Part shown: positions 28,930 to 39,112 of the stretch, one piece after another
Layout: every line of letters starts with the position of its first letter
Position numbering within the stretch: the first letter of the stretch is position 1
Assembly: GCA_964502145.1 (NCBI GenBank)
Contig: CAZCVI010000010.1
Span: 44,068-108,067, forward strand
Source of the DNA: an uncultured Clostridia bacterium
Lineage (GTDB): Bacteria > Acidobacteriota > Aminicenantia > UBA2199
Length of the DNA stretch: 64,000 nucleotides
Direction: 5' to 3'
Position numbers and translations under genes: made by a program
Notes under the pieces: generated by a model
Seen by the model: only the letters and a program-made list of their open reading frames with translations
Database searches by the model: none
Told to the model about the DNA's origin: nothing

Positions 28930-31161
28930 TTATTTGATGGGCCCGATGGGTTTTTTATTTTTTGCATTTGAAGCAGTTGTTTTTTGTCCGCTGGTTATAT
29001 TTAATATCCAGTTGGGTAAATATTGTTCGGGTGAGGAGGAGCGGTTGTTTTGTTTTCCGGTTTTATAACTAGCCACTGGGGCGGAATATTTTTTGGCGGG
29101 TTTGAGACGGTTACTGTTGTCTTTTAAAGATTCACCGTTACCGTCTTTAATCGCAGCAGGAAGGGGCGGAATTTTAACGGTAACCATTGGGGTGGACCTG
29201 GAAGGCAATGGGGGTTCGGGTTTGGGATCGGGTGTGGAGGCAGTCTCAGGGATATGATTGCGACTGCCTGAGCCTTGCCCTTCACCTTTTCCGCTGCCTA
29301 CTTGTCCCTTTTCTCCTTGTGCTCTCTCTTGGGCTTGCTGTCCTTGTGTTCCCGCTTGGGTTTGTCGTCCCTGCTGTCCCGACTGGGTCTGTTGTCCCTG
29401 TTGTAACTGGGCTTGCTGTCCCTGCTGTCGCGACTGGGTCTGTTGTCCCTGTTGTAACTGGGCTTGCTGTCCCTGTTGTCCCGACTGGGTCTGTTGTCCC
29501 TGTTGTCCCGATTGGGTCTGTTGTCCCTGTTGTAACTGGGTTTGCTGTCCCTGTTGTCCCGATTGGGCCTGTTGTCCCTGTCGTAACTGGGTTTGCTGTC
29601 CCTGTTGTAGCTTGGCTTGCTGTCCCTGTTGTCGCGACTGGGCCTGCTGTCCCTGTCGTAACTGGGCCTGCTGTCCCTGTTGTAACTGGGCCTGCTGTCC
29701 CTGTCGTAACTGGGTTTGCTGTCCCTGTTGTCCCGGTTGGGTCTGTTGTCCCTGTTGTAGCTTGGCCTGCTGTCTCTGTTGTCCCGATTGGGCCTGTTGT
29801 CCCTGTCGTAACTGGGTCTGCTGTCCCTGTTGTCCCGATTGGGCCTGTTGTCCCTGTCGTAACTGGGCTTGCTGTCCCTGCTGGGTCTGTTGTCCCTGTT
29901 GTAGCTTGGCCTGCTGTCTCTGTTGTCCCGATTGGGCCTGTTGTCCCTGTCGTAACTGGGCCTGCTGTCCCGGCTGTCCCTGCTGGGTCTGTTGTCCCTG
30001 TTGTAGCTTGGCCTGCTGTCCCGACTGGGTCTGTTCTCCTTCTCGTAACTGGGTTTGCTGTCCCGGCGGGGTTTGTCCTCCCTGTCGTAACTGGGCTTGC
30101 TGTCCCGGCTGGGTTTGTTCTCCCTGTTGGTTTTGTCCTTCTTGGTGTATCTGGGTTTGCTGTCCTGACTGGGTTTCTCTTCCCGGTTGACTATCCTTTC
30201 CTTGTTGACTGGTTTGGGTTCGACTTCCGGTTCTTGTATTCTCTTCCACGGCAGTACTTTCATTTCCCTGAATTTTAATATCATTTACTTCTCCTGATTG
30301 TCCATATTTTTCATTATAGCCGCGAGAAATTTCTGGATCGATATTCTCCCGGTTGTTGTTTTTTTCTTGATTGTGTGTGTAAACTTGCAATTGGCCTGTG
30401 GGCCATCCTTTAGGAACTTGGTTCCATTGCTGCGCTGTGAGTCCAAATAAAACGGTTAAAACAGCCAATGCCACAGTCACACCAAAAAGGCTGGCAAGTA
30501 CCTTGGCCCGATGTTGCCACTCTTTTTTGAACATTTGGCGCGGTAGTCCGGGGTGCCAAAGTTCCACGCCGCGCTGAGCACCCCCTGATGCGGTGCGGTC
30601 GTAAACACGGGAAATCGCCCAGATTAGGGGATAGGTTTGTTTTTGATCCCGTTGAACAGCCTGTTGGTAGCGGCAGTGCAAGATAAATGTGGCCCCGGTA
30701 TGGTCCCAAAATGTTTTTATGCCATCGGGTATGGAACTGGACCAGCACAGTCCGAGCATCTTCTTTTTTCCACTGATAAATGTACCGAAGATGGCAAAAC
30801 CAGTACAGGCGAATGCTCCGGCCCCGCATATCATCACCCACCCCCTGGGTCCGAATACCCTGAACAATCCCCAGATAGCAAAACTTGCGGTGAAAGCCCA
30901 GAAAAGGTTATGGCTGGCAAACCACAGGTTAAATAGATAACCCTGATGCCGGGCCAGGCGTTCGGGTTCACGCGGGCCCTGTTTTTTTTGGGATGTCTGC
31001 CATAGCACGAGGGTAGACATAAATAGCAGGGTAACGAGCAGGAGTAGTATCCAGGCTCCGGTGGTATAAAAGAACAGGGCAATAGCCCCGGGCAAGGCTG
31101 CAAGTAAGCCCACTGTGGCTGATAAAACAAAGAGGAATATGGGTAGTATTCGACCTTTCAT
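28930..31161 (-). CDS. membrane protein with a long poly-Gln/Gly tandem-repeat tract (first gene of the MoxR operon)
   Basis: N-terminal TM helices, then ~300 aa of 'QQGQQAQLRQGQQAQSGQQ' repeats, then a Pro/Lys-rich C-terminus. No recognisable catalytic motif. Confidence 0.55.
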   Translation of the reverse strand: MKGRILPIFLFVLSATVGLLAALPGAIALFFYTTGAWILLLLVTLLFMSTLVLWQTSQKKQGPREPERLARHQGYLFNLWFASHNLFWAFTASFAIWGLFRVFGPRGWVMICGAGAFACTGFAIFGTFISGKKKMLGLCWSSSIPDGIKTFWDHTGATFILHCRYQQAVQRDQKQTYPLIWAISRVYDRTASGGAQRGVELWHPGLPRQMFKKEWQHRAKVLASLFGVTVALAVLTVLFGLTAQQWNQVPKGWPTGQLQVYTHNQEKNNNRENIDPEISRGYNEKYGQSGEVNDIKIQGNESTAVEENTRTGSRTQTSQQGKDSQPGRETQSGQQTQIHQEGQNQQGEQTQPGQQAQLRQGGQTPPGQQTQLREGEQTQSGQQAKLQQGQQTQQGQPGQQAQLRQGQQAQSGQQRQQAKLQQGQQTQQGQQAQLRQGQQAQSGQQGQQTQLRQGQQAQSGQQRQQAKLQQGQQTQPGQQGQQTQLRQGQQAQLQQGQQAQLRQGQQAQSRQQGQQAKLQQGQQTQLRQGQQAQSGQQGQQTQLQQGQQTQSGQQGQQTQSGQQGQQAQLQQGQQTQSRQQGQQAQLQQGQQTQSGQQGRQTQAGTQGQQAQERAQGEKGQVGSGKGEGQGSGSRNHIPETASTPDPKPEPPLPSRSTPMVTVKIPPLPAAIKDGNGESLKDNSNRLKPAKKYSAPVASYKTGKQNNRSSSPEQYLPNWILNITSGQKTTASNAKNKKPIGPIK
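29286..30201. repeat. intragenic periodic DNA repeat (~27/54-bp units) encoding the poly-Q tract
   Basis: ctgtccctgttgtaactgggcttgctgtccctg... is visibly periodic. Three long overlapping ORFs on both strands here are artefacts of this periodicity. Confidence 0.8.
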
Positions 31162-31359
31162 TATGTTAGTTTTGACTTTTTATGGATATGCTGCCTATGA
31201 GTTCTTATCATTGTTTTTTTCCGGGAAAGATATTATTTTTCTTTCCTGTATTAACTATAACAAAAAGACGTCGTTTTTACAACAGGAAAGGGATTATTAA
31301 TTATGATAAAAAACTCCCCGGTATAGATGTCTTGATGTATTATTGAATAGAACTGATGT

Positions 31360-31412
31360 GTATTGGCACCTAAATTAAAGATAAAACTTAATTAAAATTT
31401 AGATGCCAATAC
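31360..31412. repeat. 17-bp near-perfect inverted repeat GTATTGGCACCTAAATT-N19-AATTTAGATGCCAATAC
   Basis: Read directly. Lies just downstream of the pheT stop and upstream of the poly-Q gene. One mismatch between arms. Confidence 0.5.
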
Positions 31413-31432
31413 TTTTCAGTTTTTATAGGTTG

Positions 31433-33823
31433 TTATCCCTGTCTTAAGACAAATCCCTTTTGGTTCATGTGGGCGATCAACTGGTTTAAAAAGAGATCGA
31501 TGTCCTCGGATAATAAAGTTTTCTCTTTGGAACCGAGAGTGAACGAAAAGGTCAAACTCTTCTTACCCTCTGGCAAATTCTTGCCTTCATACAAGGTAAC
31601 ATAGTGGTAACCAAGCAGCAGAGGGTTTTTAAACAGTGCAACATGTTCATTCATTGCTTTGAAAGGGGTGGTTTTGTCTGCGAGGAAACTAAAATCAAGG
31701 GTCACTTCAGGATACCTGGAAACCTCATTGTACAGAGTGGGCCAATCCTGCGCGGCATAGATGAGGTTAAAATCCACTTCTAAAACAACAATATTCAATT
31801 TCTTGTCAATATTTCGTCTGACCGTGGGATGCAATACAGATAAATAGCCGAGGGTTACAGCACCGATACACATGATCGCTGATTTCTCGGGGTGTATCCA
31901 GGGATAAGTCAGGGACTGGGGAACGGGTAAAAAGGTGATGTCAATATTCTTTAATAACTTTACGAGGTACGTGACAACGCCTTTTAAATGGTAAAAAAGC
32001 GCATCTTCATTCTGGGTTTTGTCACCCAACAAAATGCACAGGTGTTTCCGCTCGTCGCATTCATTGGTTTTTTGATCGAGATAATACACTTTGCCAATTT
32101 CAAATAAGGGGATAACTGGGAATTGATTGACGTTTTTTTCGGCAAATTGGAGCATCACAGGCACAATACTGGTACGCAGGTTGTTCATTTCCTGGGCTTG
32201 GGGATTAAGAAGTTGTATTTCTGCGGGATGTTCGATTGCGATGCGTTTATTAAAGTCATTGTCATACCAAGTATGACTCTGTACTTCATTGAATCCAAAT
32301 TTCTCGGCCAATATCTCTTTGATCTTGTGCTCAAACACCCGGTTTTCATTGTACTCCAATGGTTTTAAGGGAACTTCGACAGTCTGGGGCTCAATATTGT
32401 CGTACCCGTAAATACGGGTGACTTCTTCAACCAGATCGACTTTTAATGAGATGTCACGTGTAGCACGGAACTGGGGAACAGCAACGGTGAATTTTCCATC
32501 CCCATGTTCCACTTTGAATTCCAGGGCAGTTAAGATACTGGTAATCGTTTCGGTGGGCAATATTTTACCGATATATCTGTCCAGATAGGCTTTATCCAAT
32601 TGGATAGTGATGGCTTTAGGTGCTTTAAGGTAAAGATCGGAAAGATTGGAAGTAATTTTTATGTCGGGGTGAACTTGGCGGAGTAGGTAAATGAACCGTT
32701 CGATAGCGAGTATGGTGAGGGCAGGGTCCAAAGACTTTTCAAAGCGGGCACTGGCATCGGTACGCAATCCGATTTTGGCGGCACCGGAGCGAACGGTAAA
32801 GGCATCAAAATTGGCAGATTCTAAAAATAAGGAGGAGGTGGTCTCTGTAATTTCGGACTCTTCACCGCCCATAACACCAGCCACTGCAACAGGTGTTTCC
32901 TCATTGTAAATCATCAAAATATCGGTGCCAATGTGCCGTTCGACACTGTCCAGGGTGCGAAATGTGATGGGTTGGGGGGGGGACTTAACCACGATGTTTT
33001 TGGCAAAACGATGATCAAAGGCATGGGTCGGCTGGCCGATGTCCAACATGATGTAATTACTCAAATCCACAAGTAAAGAACGGGTGTTCATGTCGCAATA
33101 ATGCAAGCGAATCTGGATTTCCAGAGGGGTATCCACATTGGCGACATTCTCCACGGTGATACCGGAATACCGGGGGCATTTATCCTTATCTTGGATTTCT
33201 ATTTTTAAATTGGGGAGATGGGAACTGGGTTTTAAATCGGCATGTTTTAAAGGAAGCAGTGGCCGTTTAAAAATCGCGGCAATTTCGCGGGCAATTCCAT
33301 AATGACCCCACAAATCGGGGCGGTGCGTGAGGGATTTATTGTCGATTTCAATGATGACATCGTTGATACCAAACAGTTCTTTGATGTCGGTCCCTGGGGT
33401 GAGGGTATTGTCCAGCAGCAGGAGTTTGTCGCTGGAATTATTCACATCAATCTCGGCACCAGAACATAAAATACCATTGCTCTCAACACCGGCGATGATC
33501 GTTTTTTCAATGCAGGGTACTTTCACAATTCGTCCGCCGATTTTAGCAAAGGGAATGAGGATGCCTTCGGCCACATTGGGGGCACCGCACACACTTTGAA
33601 CAGTTTCGCCGCCAATATCCACGGACACGATTTTCAATTTATCTGAAGTAGGGTGGGGGGTGACTTTAAGTACGTTGCCAACCACCACGTGGTTTATATT
33701 ATTTCCCTTCACAATCACCTCTTCCACCTCGGCAGTGGACATAGTGAGTCTTAGGGCCAGTTCTTTGGGGTCGATATGATCAAGGTTCACATAGTCTTTG
33801 ATCCAATTTAATGAAATTTTCAT
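31433..33823 (-). CDS. pheT: phenylalanine--tRNA ligase beta subunit
   Basis: N-terminal 'MKISLNWIKDYV'. 796 aa. GGAGG RBS. Downstream of pheS. Confidence 0.9.
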   Translation of the reverse strand: MKISLNWIKDYVNLDHIDPKELALRLTMSTAEVEEVIVKGNNINHVVVGNVLKVTPHPTSDKLKIVSVDIGGETVQSVCGAPNVAEGILIPFAKIGGRIVKVPCIEKTIIAGVESNGILCSGAEIDVNNSSDKLLLLDNTLTPGTDIKELFGINDVIIEIDNKSLTHRPDLWGHYGIAREIAAIFKRPLLPLKHADLKPSSHLPNLKIEIQDKDKCPRYSGITVENVANVDTPLEIQIRLHYCDMNTRSLLVDLSNYIMLDIGQPTHAFDHRFAKNIVVKSPPQPITFRTLDSVERHIGTDILMIYNEETPVAVAGVMGGEESEITETTSSLFLESANFDAFTVRSGAAKIGLRTDASARFEKSLDPALTILAIERFIYLLRQVHPDIKITSNLSDLYLKAPKAITIQLDKAYLDRYIGKILPTETITSILTALEFKVEHGDGKFTVAVPQFRATRDISLKVDLVEEVTRIYGYDNIEPQTVEVPLKPLEYNENRVFEHKIKEILAEKFGFNEVQSHTWYDNDFNKRIAIEHPAEIQLLNPQAQEMNNLRTSIVPVMLQFAEKNVNQFPVIPLFEIGKVYYLDQKTNECDERKHLCILLGDKTQNEDALFYHLKGVVTYLVKLLKNIDITFLPVPQSLTYPWIHPEKSAIMCIGAVTLGYLSVLHPTVRRNIDKKLNIVVLEVDFNLIYAAQDWPTLYNEVSRYPEVTLDFSFLADKTTPFKAMNEHVALFKNPLLLGYHYVTLYEGKNLPEGKKSLTFSFTLGSKEKTLLSEDIDLFLNQLIAHMNQKGFVLRQG

Positions 33824-33837
33824 TTTATACCTCCAGT

Positions 33838-34869
33838 TTAGCGGGTCGAGAACTGCTTGAGAAAGCGCAAATCGCCTGAGTTGAAGCCGCGAATATCGCC
33901 AACCTTATATTTCATCATGGCGAGCCGGGTGAGTCCGAGGCCAAAGGCAAAACCGGAGTATAAATCGGGGTCTATACCACCGTAGCGCAACACGTTGGGA
34001 TGCACCATGCCACAGGGCAGAAGTTCAATCCAACCCGCATGTTTGCACGTGGAACAACCGCTACCGCCACAAATGGTACACTTTAAATCGAGCTCAAAAC
34101 CAGGTTCAACAAAAGGAAAGAAACCGGGTCTGAGACGGATTTCAATATCTTTTTTCAATATTTCTTTTAGTAACAGTTTCATAATATAAATGAGGTTGGC
34201 AATGGAGATGTTTTTATCAATCATCATGCCTTCCAGTTGGAAAAAGGTGTTTTCGTGGGAGGCGTCCATGCTTTCGTTGCGGAAGCAACGGCCTGGGGCG
34301 ATGACACGCAGGGGCGCACCAAACATTTGCATGGCGCGGATTTGACAGGGGGAGGTCTGGGTGCGTAAGCACTGTTGGTTGCTGAGCCAGTAGGTGTCTT
34401 GCATGTCACGGGCAGGATGGTGCGGGGGGATGTTCAGGGCTTGAAAATTATAAAAGTCGCTTTCCACTTCGGGGCCTTCGACAATACGGAAGCCCATGCC
34501 AGTAAACACTTTTTCCACCTCTTTTTGCACGATAGTGACGGGGTGTATTGAACCGGAAAGGAAGGATGTACCGGGCAAAGTGATATCAAAATCTCTGCCT
34601 TTGTCCAGAGTTTTGGCGATATCTTTGGATTGTAATTCCTTTTGTTTTTCTTCAATTTGGGTTTCCAGGAGGGTTTTTACCCGGTTACCTTCTTTGCCCA
34701 CTGCTTTGCGTTGTTCTTGATCGAGGTTTTTCATATCCCTGAGCATGAGGGTTAAGCTGCCTTTTTTGCCCAGGATGCTGATACGAATTTCTTCCAGTTC
34801 CTCGGCACGGGTAATGGTGTTTAACCGGGCAAGAACATTCTCTTCGATCTGTTTGATCTGGCCTATCAT
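33838..34869 (-). CDS. pheS: phenylalanine--tRNA ligase alpha subunit
   Basis: Class II aaRS motifs ('FRNE', 'GLGLTRLAMMKY'). AAGGAG RBS. Confidence 0.9.
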   Translation of the reverse strand: MIGQIKQIEENVLARLNTITRAEELEEIRISILGKKGSLTLMLRDMKNLDQEQRKAVGKEGNRVKTLLETQIEEKQKELQSKDIAKTLDKGRDFDITLPGTSFLSGSIHPVTIVQKEVEKVFTGMGFRIVEGPEVESDFYNFQALNIPPHHPARDMQDTYWLSNQQCLRTQTSPCQIRAMQMFGAPLRVIAPGRCFRNESMDASHENTFFQLEGMMIDKNISIANLIYIMKLLLKEILKKDIEIRLRPGFFPFVEPGFELDLKCTICGGSGCSTCKHAGWIELLPCGMVHPNVLRYGGIDPDLYSGFAFGLGLTRLAMMKYKVGDIRGFNSGDLRFLKQFSTR

Positions 34870-35168
34870 CGCTATTGCTCCTTTTTTTTGCTTTAAAATT
34901 AGTGATGTCTCCCTTCCATAAGGACATACCCCCGGGAGGAAAACATATTTTTTGGTTTAATATTTTAAGATAAACCAATAATCAAGTTTTGTCAAATGTT
35001 TTTCGATTATTTCAGCATAAAAATTTTGTCCACAGATGACACAGATTAAAAGGATTTAACGGATTAACCACAAAGAAAAGAGGGTATAGGATAAATCTGG
35101 AAAAAGAGGAAGGGCACGACGTCTAATTATTGAAGACCTCATGCCCTTCGGGGTTTGTTTGGTTTATT

Positions 35169-36785
35169 TTATTTTTTAAACTTAAGTTTGATATCACCAC
35201 GTTTACCGAGTTGCACGATATCGTCAGGCTTGACCAGGGTTTCGGTTATTTTCTGACCGTTCACGAACGTGCCATTGGTGGAGCCGAGGTCAACAATAAA
35301 GAACTGGTCGCCTTTGGGCAGGATACGCAGGTGATTCTTGGAGACAATTTCACTGTCAATATGGACGGAAGCTGTTTTGGGGTCCCGCCCGACAATTAAT
35401 GGATTGGCAGTGACATTATAAGTACCCACTTCCTCGCCTTTAATGATGACGGTGATGGTGCCAGAGATATCACCTTCCAACATGGTGCCATCTTCTGGAG
35501 CGACCTTGGTGTGATCGGCAGCGGGGTGGGGGGCTTCGGCGACGGGTGGAGCGGCTTGATGCGCGGCATCCTTGGCTGCAGAGGGACTAAATGAAACCCA
35601 TAACACCACCAGGATTAACAATATCAATACAATGGCAATAATGACAACAATTTTATTCTGCTGCCACATCTTTCCAAAGAATCCCATCTCATCGATTTTC
35701 TTTTGGATCACCTGGCTGAGTCTCTGGAGGTTGGGCTCGTTATCCATGTAGGTGAGGGAGGCATTCACCTGGCTCTGGGCATCAAACCAACGCTCTTCCC
35801 ACACGGAATCCATCAATTTATTAAACACGTTGGTGAAGTCAGAACTTTTATTGTATTCGACACCGGCATCCTGGATGAACTCCTTGGCAGAGTTGATGGG
35901 CACACAGAACTTAAAACCATCGGCCATGGTAGCGGCATAGGAGTGAACACCAATAACTTGGCCCTTGGTATCCACGGTGGGACCACCGGAATTGCCAGGG
36001 GAAGTGGCGCAATCGTGTTGAATCACGGACATACCTTTGTAATCTGTCTTAAGAGCAGAAATAGCACCCCGGGTGATGGAGGCTTTTAAGGTATTCTCTT
36101 TGCCTAACATAGGGAACCGTTGGGGATCAACGGCACCAGGAAAACCAATAGTAAACACGGGTTCTTGCAAGACGAGCTTGGAGGAATCACCGAGCATGAT
36201 CACGGGACAATTATCTCTTTCAATCTTGAGAACGGAAATATCTTTACCGCCATTCGGAATAGAGGGGCTGAATTTTTTTAGCTCGAATCTCAGGGTCTCG
36301 GAATTACTGAGGATGACATAGTTGATGGCACCATGATCGACTATCTGGGGTGACTGGTCCTTTTTGAATTTTTCAACGGCATCACTCAGTTCCTGCTGGT
36401 TGGGGTCCCTGCCGTTGGCCTTTTTAAAATCTTCTTTGATTTTATCGGCTATGGCATTGTCTAAAACTTTCTTGGCATAACCTTCTTTATCATTCATGTA
36501 CTCGTTATAGCTGTCCACGACATGGCCATTGGTCACGAGGTAACCATCGGGATTGATAAAGAAGCCGCTACCAGAGCCATAATTGGGGAGCTCTTGGGCT
36601 TGTCCACCCTGCAAGGTAAACTTAATAAACATACCGCTATAAATTAAAGCTACGGCGGGCTGAGTACGATAGGCGGTCATCTGCTCCTCGGTCAGTTTTT
36701 CGCTGGGTCCTGAGGAGCAAGAAACGGTTGTTAATATAAACGCGACGATCACAAAAAGAAAAAAAACTAATTTAGTTATCCTCAT
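35169..36785 (-). CDS. membrane-spanning fusion: lipoprotein-type signal, trypsin-like S1 serine protease domain, TM helix, cytoplasmic FHA domain
   Basis: 'LTTVSCSS' lipobox-like. His 'LVTNGHVV' and Ser 'GNSGGP' catalytic motifs. TM 'IVVIIAIVLILLILVVLWV'. C-terminal FHA 'LIVGRDPKTASVHIDSEIVSKNHLRI...FIVDLGSTNGTFVNGQ'. ATG directly follows the kinase stop (TAAATG). Confidence 0.7.
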   Translation of the reverse strand: MRITKLVFFLFVIVAFILTTVSCSSGPSEKLTEEQMTAYRTQPAVALIYSGMFIKFTLQGGQAQELPNYGSGSGFFINPDGYLVTNGHVVDSYNEYMNDKEGYAKKVLDNAIADKIKEDFKKANGRDPNQQELSDAVEKFKKDQSPQIVDHGAINYVILSNSETLRFELKKFSPSIPNGGKDISVLKIERDNCPVIMLGDSSKLVLQEPVFTIGFPGAVDPQRFPMLGKENTLKASITRGAISALKTDYKGMSVIQHDCATSPGNSGGPTVDTKGQVIGVHSYAATMADGFKFCVPINSAKEFIQDAGVEYNKSSDFTNVFNKLMDSVWEERWFDAQSQVNASLTYMDNEPNLQRLSQVIQKKIDEMGFFGKMWQQNKIVVIIAIVLILLILVVLWVSFSPSAAKDAAHQAAPPVAEAPHPAADHTKVAPEDGTMLEGDISGTITVIIKGEEVGTYNVTANPLIVGRDPKTASVHIDSEIVSKNHLRILPKGDQFFIVDLGSTNGTFVNGQKITETLVKPDDIVQLGKRGDIKLKFKK

Positions 36786-38108
36786 TTATTCCTCCTGAAA
36801 TGTGGGTGAGCTGGAAAAGCTCGAAAATTTTTCTTGAAACTTTATAATGAATTCATTGTTATGAATGGTCTGATTAGTTTTATTGTTCTGATTTTTCTGA
36901 TTGTTCAGATGGTTCTTATTATTCTGATTATTTTGATTATTTTGATACTTTGGATTGTAACCAATAGGGAGATTGCTTTCAGAGTAAGCAATGGCAATGA
37001 ATAAGAGGATCAATAGGGGGATTAATATGAATATCAGCAGCAATTTGCGTTTATCGCAGGTTTTAATGGATTTGAGTACTTTTTCCTGCACGACATTGGC
37101 ACTGGGAGAGATAGACGGCTTGATATCTGGCATTTTGACCTTGAGAAAGTTTAACGAAGGTAAATGGATGTGGGGTAATTTTTTTAATTTGGGCAAAGAT
37201 AAAAATGGTCTGGGTAATTTTATGCCTTTTGGCTTTTTAAAAGGAGCAGGACTCCCCTTTGGGGGGCTGAATTCGATGGATACGGCGTGGCCATCGAACC
37301 ATTTATCTAGTGCTTCTTTTAACGCACTGGCGTTGGGGAAACGCTGGGCGGGATTTTTAGCGAGAGCTTTCATAATCAATTCATCAATAGGCTTGGGAAT
37401 GGTGGGGCTCAGCTCGGATGGTTTGGGGGGAATTTGTTCCAGGTGGGCTTTTTGAATTTCAAAATGGCTGCCAGTGGGACTTTTAAAGGGCGTGGCACCG
37501 GTGAGCATTTCATAGAGGGTAACACCGATGGAATACACGTCGGCGGCAGCATCCACAGGTTGGCCGAGGATTTGTTCGGGGGCGGAATATAGGGGGGTAC
37601 CCAGTGGGGAACCGATCCGGGTTAACCCATCAATACCCTCGACCTTGGCAATCCCGAAATCACCGATTTTAATTTGGCCATGGCAGGTAATAAAAATATT
37701 GGCGGGTTTGATGTCCCGGTGCAACACGCCGCGACTGTGGGCGTAATTGAGACCGTCCAGAATGCGCGACACAATAGATAATGCCTGAGGCAGGGGAATT
37801 TTCCCGGATTCTTTAATAATGCTTTTGAGGGTCTGCCCCTCAATATATTCCATGACGATATAATAACTATCTTGCTGCTGATCAAAGGCATGGATGGTGA
37901 CGATATTGGCATGATTGAGCCGGGCTTGGGCAATAGCCTCTACTTTGAACCGCGCCATTAAACGGGGATTCTTGGTCAACTGGGGGGAGATGATCTTGAT
38001 GGCCACTTCCCGCTCAAGGGTGATATCCTTGGCCAAGTACACGGAACCCATACCGCCTTCGCCGAGCTTTTTAAGAATTCGATAATTGCCTAAACTTTGA
38101 CCTTCCAT
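36786..38108 (-). CDS. Hanks-type Ser/Thr protein kinase, membrane-anchored, Asn/Gln-rich tail
   Basis: 'LGEGGMGSVYLAKD...VAIK', 'HRDIKPANI', 'DFGIAKV'. TM helix near the C-terminus, then an 'NNQNNQNNKN' low-complexity tail. Confidence 0.85.
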   Translation of the reverse strand: MEGQSLGNYRILKKLGEGGMGSVYLAKDITLEREVAIKIISPQLTKNPRLMARFKVEAIAQARLNHANIVTIHAFDQQQDSYYIVMEYIEGQTLKSIIKESGKIPLPQALSIVSRILDGLNYAHSRGVLHRDIKPANIFITCHGQIKIGDFGIAKVEGIDGLTRIGSPLGTPLYSAPEQILGQPVDAAADVYSIGVTLYEMLTGATPFKSPTGSHFEIQKAHLEQIPPKPSELSPTIPKPIDELIMKALAKNPAQRFPNASALKEALDKWFDGHAVSIEFSPPKGSPAPFKKPKGIKLPRPFLSLPKLKKLPHIHLPSLNFLKVKMPDIKPSISPSANVVQEKVLKSIKTCDKRKLLLIFILIPLLILLFIAIAYSESNLPIGYNPKYQNNQNNQNNKNHLNNQKNQNNKTNQTIHNNEFIIKFQEKFSSFSSSPTFQEE

Positions 38109-38117
38109 TTTGCCTCT

Positions 38118-39098
38118 TCACTGGGGGTGGCTGGGAGTGGTGACGATCAAGTAAAAAATAATAGCACCCAACAGCAGTACCAGCAATCCTAACAGTAGAA
38201 ATAAACCGATTCTACGTCGTTTTTTCACGACTGGAACGGAGATAGAAGAAGTAATAGAAATAGGAACGGTATCGGTGAGATCGGTATTCTGGTGGGAATG
38301 GGTGCCATTTTCAGTAGAAACCACAATAACGGTGATATTATCGGGGCCACCGTTTTTTTTGGCTTCCTGGATCAACTGCTTGGCTATGGAGGCGTGTGAT
38401 GGACCGGAAAGAATTTCTCTGATATCGTTGTCCGGCACGACACCGTAAAGACCATCGGAGCATAATATATATTTCTGGCCTTTTTTAATGGGGATAGGTG
38501 GAAGTATCTGGATAGTGATTTGTGCCTTAGAGCCGATGGATTGATAGATAACGTTTCGTCTGGGGTGGTTGCGGGCTTCTTCCTCGTTAATCAAGCCGTC
38601 CTTGAGCAATTTCCCCACAAAGCTGTGATCCTCGGTCAACTGAACGAATTGGGGAATGGATTCGGGGCGGGTGCTGTCATTGGGCAGGGATTGAACATAG
38701 GACTTAATAGCAGCGGAACCGTTGGAATAGCGGTAAATCCGGCTGTCACCGACATGTCCGATGTAGCCGAGATCGCCTTGCACATACAACACGGAAAGGG
38801 TAGTGCCCATGCCGCTTTTTTTACTCATCTGGGTGCTTTCAAGGTAAAGCATATCGTTGATTTCATTGATGAGAGACTCTAAATCAATGGGAATGTTGTT
38901 TTTTCTATTTTTTTCTATTTTATGGACGAGCTCAGTCACAGCACTGCGACTGGCAACCTCGCCAGCATTGTGCCCACCCATGCCATCGGCCACGATAAAC
39001 AGGTATTCCTCGTTCCCAATTTTCCCGGCAAATTGGTAATCCTCGTTGTTGGGCCTGGCATTACCGACATCGGATAGACCGGTATAAAATAATTCCAT
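38118..39098 (-). CDS. PP2C-family Ser/Thr phosphatase with C-terminal TM anchor
   Basis: 'GNARPNNED', 'FIVADGMGGHNAGEVAS', 'DGL'. C-terminal hydrophobic helix. Confidence 0.8.
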   Translation of the reverse strand: MELFYTGLSDVGNARPNNEDYQFAGKIGNEEYLFIVADGMGGHNAGEVASRSAVTELVHKIEKNRKNNIPIDLESLINEINDMLYLESTQMSKKSGMGTTLSVLYVQGDLGYIGHVGDSRIYRYSNGSAAIKSYVQSLPNDSTRPESIPQFVQLTEDHSFVGKLLKDGLINEEEARNHPRRNVIYQSIGSKAQITIQILPPIPIKKGQKYILCSDGLYGVVPDNDIREILSGPSHASIAKQLIQEAKKNGGPDNITVIVVSTENGTHSHQNTDLTDTVPISITSSISVPVVKKRRRIGLFLLLGLLVLLLGAIIFYLIVTTPSHPQ

Positions 39099-39112
39099 GG
39101 TTTTTTATTTTT

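Noticed and set aside
29187-30284. Three long overlapping ORFs (363, 310 and 328 aa) on both strands inside the poly-Q gene.
   Set aside because: They are artefacts of the periodic repeat DNA. Their low-complexity translations (VVPVVTG..., CCPCC..., RDNRPSRDS...) follow the repeat in the other frames and strand. The minus-strand Q-rich frame is the only one continuous with real TM and terminal domains.
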